Below, piece after piece: positions 57,312 through 64,000 of a stretch of 64,000 nucleotides of DNA (within the stretch, counting starts at the first letter, position 1; every line of letters starts with the position of its first letter). Source of the stretch: Octopus vulgaris (Eukaryota); the NCBI GenBank assembly GCA_951406725.2, contig OX597825.1, positions 84,320,001 through 84,384,000 on the forward strand, read 5' to 3'. A program made the translations under genes and the position numbers. Below the pieces are notes generated by a model. That model searched no databases, had not been told where the DNA came from, and was given only the letters and a program-made list of their open reading frames with translations.

Positions 57312-57869
57312 CACACATACACATACACACACGCACGCACGCACACACACAAAATCGCAACGATTTCGTTTTGAATTTTATACGTTAGACATGAAACGAA
57401 TTTCCTGTTAGAAATTCTTCAGATATAGAAATTAAAGATTACAAATTCTACATTTGGACGAAGTGTTTACCTTTAGTCAGTAATCAGGAGCTGTATAGAT
57501 AGTTGGGGTGAAGGAAGAGCAAATTTGATAATACAGAAAGTAGAGTGTTGTACATGAACCTGTGTTGTGCTCGCGGCTTATTCCGAATTATTCTGTTTAT
57601 AAGTATACTTTTTTTTTCGTTGTTCAATACAGTTATTTTTTTCAATTATCATTACCGGTTGATTAAGGCGACACTATTTTTGTTGTTACCCAAGTTCTAT
57701 GAAAATCGCTCAGTATCCTGCTTCAAGTTTGCATTTGTATCTTCCCTTTGCAAGCAGTTTCGTTTACACTGAGAAAATAAATCAGCTTCTTACGTTCCAA
57801 ATTCAAACCTGACCGAAGTATCGGACATTTAGGGGATTTTCTTGCTATCGTTTCTTCATGACACTGATA

Positions 57870-58225
57870 TCATTATTTACATTCTGAGTTCAAATCCCAC
57901 CATAGTCAAATTTAACTTACCTTGACGACCTGAAATAAAGTAGAAGTCAAAATCAAAGATAGATCCTATCGCTTAGTTTCCTCTTCTTAAAAGTGTTAAC
58001 CTTCTGCCTAATTGCGAAACCTGAAGATGATGAGTTGGCACAATCATTAGAGCATCAGAAAAAAGTGCTTCACAGTATTTCTTCCAAGTCCTTAGGTTCT
58101 GAGTTCAAATTTCACCGAGGTCGACTTTGCTTTTCGCTATTTCGGAATGAATAAAATGAATACCAGTTGTACTCGACTATCCGTGTTTCTTAAAATTGTA
58201 GACCTTATGTCCAAATTTGAAAACT
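57870..58225 (+). mobile_element. Degenerate tandem SINE family A copies
   Basis: TTCTGAGTTCAAAT at 57882 and 58097; CCGAGGTCGACTTTGC. Confidence 0.65.
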
Positions 58226-58277
58226 GTTGTGTCACCCCTGTCACCATCCCCTTCTCATTTCATTACATTATTATTAT

Positions 58278-59201
58278 TGAGTGTGAGAGCAGTGCCATGC
58301 CATCAAAGTGACACTGGGGTAAAAATATACGAAGCCCAGTATACCCATCATGACTACCCGTCTGATAAGGGTACACCAGCCACATGCATCACAACCATAT
58401 GTGCGCGACATGGTGATCTCATATCAAGATAAACAGCACATGACCTTGCAGGTGGGGCCCAGTTAGAATTTTCTTCTCTTTCGAATAACCCCATCCCGCT
58501 CAAAAGGTCCCTGAATAAGGGTTGTTTAGAGATAGAGGCAAAGAGAGAGAGACACACACAGAGAGAGAAAGGGGGGGGGGAGAGATGAGAAAAGGGAAAG
58601 AGAAAGATGTACGAGGTAAATTCTGGGGATGCAAATGTTGCGTCAATGGATTTCCATTGAAAGTAGATATTTATGATTTCTAAATTGCTCAGAGGTTGAA
58701 CTGAAGGAAGAGCAAGGAGGAAGGAGAAAACGACAGAAGCCATTAAATAATAATAGTTTCAAATATTGGCAGAAGACCAGCAATTTTAGGGGAGGGGGCA
58801 AGTCGATCACATCGACCCCGTTGTTTATTTTTATTGATCTCGAAAGGATAAAAAGGTAATGTCAACCTTGGCGGAATTTGAACTCTGAATATAAAGACAG
58901 ACGAAGTGCCGCAAAGCATTTTTGCCCGGCACGCTAACGACTCGGCCACCTCGCCGCCTTATGAATAATGATAATGATAATAATCCTTTCTACTAAAGGC
59001 ACAAGGCCTGAAATATTTGGGGGGAGGGCAAGCTGATTACATCGACCCTAATTCTCCACTGGTTCTTAATTTACCGATCCCGAATGGCTGAAAGGCAAAG
59101 TCGACATCGGTGGAATTTGATCTCATAACGTAACGACGGACGAAATACGGCTAAGCATTTTGTCCGACGTGCTAACGATTCTGACAGCTGGCCACCATAT
59201 A

Positions 59202-59285
<84 letters not shown>

Positions 59286-59734
59286 TATGCCCTGATGCAG
59301 TACCAGGCAGTGGCTATCATGGTTTCTGATCTTAACTGATTGGAAGTGTTATCATGTACATTGTTTTGTCTTGGTATAAAAGATGGGCTACCACAAATAT
59401 TCTGCTCAATACCACAGATTTGCTTGTCAGTTGAACAAAACACCCATGTTTCCAGAGGTGAATTATTCAAACCCTAAAGAATCCCCCTCAACACATGGCT
59501 ATGATGCTCCCCCACTACTTCTGCTCGTGATCAGAGATGCACATATCATCAGCCAATAAGGGACATGCTCAACTGGTTATGGTCAAACAACTGACAAGCA
59601 AATCTGTGGTATTGAGCAGAATATTTGTGGTAGCCCATCTTTTATACCAAGACAAAACAATGTACATGATAACACTTCCAATCAGTTAAGATCAGAAGCC
59701 ATGATAGCCACTGCCTGGTACTGCATCAGGGCAT
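58278..59734. mobile_element. (TTA)n-flanked interspersed repeat, apparently split into 58278-58527 and ~59431-59734 by the inverted duplication
   Basis: Both pieces are complex GC-richer sequence bounded externally by (TTA)n. Their continuity is recalled from a common octopus repeat and cannot be proven from this window. Confidence 0.55.
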
Positions 59735-59735
59735 A

Positions 59736-59810
<75 letters not shown>

Positions 59811-60484
59811 TATATGGTGGCCAGCTGTCAGAATCGTTAGCACGTCGGACAAAATGCTTAGCCGTATTTCGTCCGTCGTTACGTTATGAGATCAAATTCC
59901 ACCGATGTCGACTTTGCCTTTCAGCCATTCGGGATCGGTAAATTAAGAACCAGTGGAGAATTAGGGTCGATGTAATCAGCTTGCCCCCTCCCCCAAATAT
60001 TTCAGGCCTTGTGCCTTTAGTAGAAAGGATTATTATCATTATCATTATTCATAAGGCGGCGAGGTGGCCGAGTCGTTAGCGTGCCGGGCAAAATGCTTTG
60101 CGGCACTTCGTCTGTCTTTATATTCAGAGTTCAAATTCCGCCAAGGTTGACATTACCTTTTTATCCTTTCGAGATCAATAAAAATAAACAACGGGGTCGA
60201 TTTAATCGACTTGCCCCCTCCCCTAAAATTGCTGGTCTTCTGCCAATATTTGAAACTATTATTATTTAATGGCTTCTGTCGTTTTCTCCTTCCTCCTTGC
60301 TCTTCCTTCAGTTCAACCTCTGAGCAATTTAGAAATCATAAATATCTACTTTCAATGGAAATCCATTGACGCAACATTTGCATCCCCCAGAATTTACCTC
60401 GTACATCTTTCTCTTTCCCTTTTCTCATCTCTCCCCCCCTTTCTCTCTCTGTGTCTCTCTCTCTCTCTCTTTGCCTCTATCTCT
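58528..60484. repeat. Long inverted repeat: arms 58528-59433 and 59588-60484, 154-bp spacer
   Basis: The arms are reverse complements across unique sequence, two SINE A copies and a (TAA)n tract; mirrored ORFs appear in the track (MASVVFSFLLALPS.. at 58743- and 60269+). Confidence 0.97.
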
Positions 60485-60819
60485 TCCCCTCTCTCTCTGT
60501 CTTTCTCTTTTGTTCCTAGATCCTTCTTTGACTTTTCAAAGCCAATTGTTTTAATCTATGAAATTTGTAAATGTTGATTCGATGCCTTGCTATTCTCTGC
60601 TGGAGCAGATGGAGAAGCTATGAAAGAGAGGAAATTTCATCAGTGTGTACAAGGAAGTGTACACACTAAACGTTCGGTGCATATATATTGATTATAATCG
60701 ATGGGTCTATTAGTTTAAATATTAGTATTACCGAGGAGGAAATGTTAGATGTGTGTGACTACTTCAGCATGCTAACTACCGACCGACTCATTTAGAGGCG
60801 CACACACAGAGGAGACAGC

Positions 60820-61684
60820 ACCTCATACATACACACACACATGAGTACACATATAACACACACACATGCACACACACACACACACACACATACACACACA
60901 CATATATATGTACGCGAATAGATGCACGTTCAGAGGCGGCTACAGATGTACACACGTGGTTGTACGTACAATGCATGTAGTCAGGCATACATATACCCGA
61001 AGTGGAATTCACATGGGTACAGAGACAGACTCTGATATACATAGACATATATATACATATATACACACACAAACATAGACATGCATTGAGAAACACATGC
61101 ATATAGAATCTCTCACTTTCTCTGTCTGTCTGTTTTTCTGTCTCTCTCTTTCTTGCACACACACACACATACACACACACACACAGACGTACACGCAAAC
61201 ACACACGTACATGCGTGCACACATGTACAGCCAAACTGATATACTAACACAGAAGCGGAAATACAGGAGGCATACGGACATGTAAGCAAGCAATCATACA
61301 CACAATCATATGTAGACGAAAACAAACGCACAACATACATACAACCACACACACATATATATATATATACAAATATGTGCATATAAATAGAAGTTTGCAG
61401 ATACTGACACAGAAGTACAGACACCTACGCATGTAGATGCACACATACACATACACGCACATACACACAAAGACGCCCGTATATACAAACATTGAGATGC
61501 AGAGACACATTAGAAACAAATACACGCAAAATGATATGGACACACTGACACACGCATCCACGCATAGATACAAATCTATACCTAGCCAACCACATATAAA
61601 CATATTTTCGGATATTTGGACTCCGCCGATAAGCACTTACGCATGGATGCGTCCATAAGTACACGCACACACACACACACACAT

Positions 61685-61733
<49 letters not shown>

Positions 61734-62130
61734 CAATTAACATATATGCATTCATTTCAGTCACAACAAATACATAATATACGTTCGTATATCCGCCACC
61801 GCCATTAATATGTGTGTGTGTATGTGAATGTTTGTGCATGTGTGTGCATGTGTGTATTTTTCACTCACTCTCTCTCTCTCTCCCTTAGTCTATATGTATA
61901 TATGTGTGTGCGTGCGTAGGTGTGTGTGTATCTCTCTCTCTCTGTCTCTCTTAGTCTGTCTCTCTCTCTATATATATATATATCTGTGTGTATGCGTGTA
62001 GATGTGTGCGTATCTCTCTCCCTCTAAATATATACATATATATGTGTGTGCGTGTAGGCGTGTATGTGTGTGTGTTTGTATCTCTCTCTCTCTCTCTTAG
62101 TCTTTATATATACGTGTGTGTGTGTGCCCG

Positions 62131-62173
<43 letters not shown>

Positions 62174-62450
62174 CCGTAGGTGTGTATGTGTGTGTGTGCA
62201 TGAGTATATATGTAAGTATATAATACACAGGAAACTAAATATATAATTCTACATAATTAGAATATAAATGGATGCTTTATATCGATTATGTATATACATC
62301 TTTCATTAACTTAATGAAGATTTATAATCTATATCAGATTATATATAGATATACGCAAAAACAGCCGCATCCACACACACACACACAAACACACTCACAC
62401 ATACTCACACACACACAACTATACATACACACAACTATACATACACACAT
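60820..62450. repeat. Degenerate (CA)n/(TG)n/(TC)n low-complexity region
   Basis: Directly visible. Confidence 0.85.
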
Positions 62451-62718
62451 TCATAATAGAAGTCACGATTCCTCTGTTAATACTATCGTACACGATTTCT
62501 ATGCATACATATATTTATGGAAGCCACGCTGCGCTGCTAATTCTGTTTCTTATTCCCGACCAATCACAGCGTGTTTATATTTTCGAGATGAAACTGTAGA
62601 CTTCTACATCGCAGCAGTCCGTGCACACTCTGCCAGTTAAGTGGTCTTTGACAAGTTTCTAAGGAGAGGCCAAAACTGGCTGTTTGCACTGTCACTTATA
62701 GTCGCTGTAGCCACCGGA

Positions 62719-62809
<91 letters not shown>

Positions 62810-62836
62810 GTGTTTATCTCTATCTATTTATCTAAA

Positions 62837-64000
62837 ATGGGCGGTAGAGGCACGGCGGTACTTTTTCGCAAGAGACTGGAACTCGAAGTAAAGACAATAT
62901 TTGTAAACCCGGACGGTAGACTGGTCGTCCTGGATGTCTACGGCAGCAATGGGTGCGCTTTTCGACTCGTATCAGTCAACAGGTTGGCCGGATTTCTTTC
63001 GACGTCTAGAAGTTTTCCTAGGAACGTCTCATCTCTTACATAATGGGGGATTGGAATGCTACCTTGGACACACATGCAGATTACGTGGGCAGAGATAGGA
63101 ATAGACGGGGAGCCATCATCAACAAAAATTGTGGTTTGACCTCAAGAGAGCAATAAAAGCAGAAGCCATTAGATATAGCAAAGCATTAGCCATTGATAGA
63201 AACACAGTAGTGAACGAGCTAGTTAAGAAGATAGAAGAGGTGATTAGAAGTGACATCGTATGCAGCGTTTTGACGGCCAGGTTGGCCTTCGACCAACACT
63301 TCAACGCCAAACACGAAGGGTGTGTTGTCAAAGCCTAATGGAACGAAGGTGTTGGACCGTGCGAGAGGTCCGAGGTGGAGGAGGCGCAATAGGGCAACGA
63401 TGCCATCATTTGGTCTGTAGTAGATGAACAGGGGTGCGAATTAATCGAGTCAAGTAAAATCTGACCTTAGATCCACTACTGCGGAAGCTGGCAACGCTGA
63501 GGAGCATCCCGCGAGAACTGGGGTGCGGGACGAGCGTGTCCGCATACGAGGACGACGTCACCGTCATAGTGTCTAGCCACGAGCATATCGAGCTGGTCGA
63601 CGAGACACTAAAAGACTACGATACAGTAACAGAAGCGAAGATCAACCGGGAAAAGTTAGTGGGCTTGCGGCTCGGCGCCTGAAGAAGCAAGCTCATGCCA
63701 TCCACCAGCGCCTCCGTCGGTCCGGTCGAGTTGCTCGGGGTCTAGTTTGATCCGGACCTCCAAACGGAGAAGAACTGGAACGAGATAACGAGCAGGGTGG
63801 TCACTCTTGCACACCAATGGGCCGAGAGGAAACTGTTCCTAAAAGTTAGGGCGGCGGTGGAGAAAATGTTCATCGCGTTGACCAACTTGCCTTGTCCTGA
63901 TCCTTCCATCACCAAACTAGAACGTATTCTCTTCCGCTTCTTGGGGAAAGGATGCATTACGATTATCAGGCGATCCGTTTGCTGCCAACACCCGTTAAAA
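62837..64000 (+). mobile_element. Decayed, internally deleted L1/Tx1-clade LINE ORF2 (APE endonuclease plus RT); runs off the window end
   Basis: [53 protein letters not shown] (63545-63556; YADD equivalent), AKINREK, LLGV*F, KLFLKVR, ILFRFLGKG; stops and frameshifts. Confidence 0.9.

Noticed and set aside
58354-58949. Duplicated ORFs (MASVVFS.., ..MLCGTSSVF..) suggesting paralogous genes
   Set aside because: They are by-products of the inverted duplication of non-coding and SINE DNA

Overview
AT-rich eukaryotic DNA, very dense in microsatellites and SINEs. The SINE families and repeat landscape point to an octopus (coleoid cephalopod) genome; this is an inference. The only host protein-coding sequence I can support is one minus-strand exon (7279-7520, or 7279-7719) encoding the N-terminus of a nicotinic acetylcholine receptor (Cys-loop) subunit. 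It ends at the conserved 'QIFDM|DE..' phase-0 splice donor. The rest is intronic or upstream DNA containing three tRNA-derived SINE families, fragments of RTE, Tx1/L1, R4/NeSL-like and Penelope-like retroelements, a mariner end, a hAT MITE with TSD and a non-autonomous Helitron. Nearly all ORFs in the supplied track are microsatellite artefacts. Three observations stand out: (1) a near-canonical minimal type I hammerhead ribozyme at the 3' end of a Penelope-like GIY-YIG fragment, plus several degenerate hammerhead relics; (2) a ~900-bp near-perfect inverted duplication (58528-59433 / 59588-60484) that appears to split an interspersed repeat; (3) oppositely oriented SINEs bracketing the receptor exon. 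All calls were made by eye; family names are recalled and need Dfam/Rfam/BLAST confirmation, and SINE boundaries are approximate.
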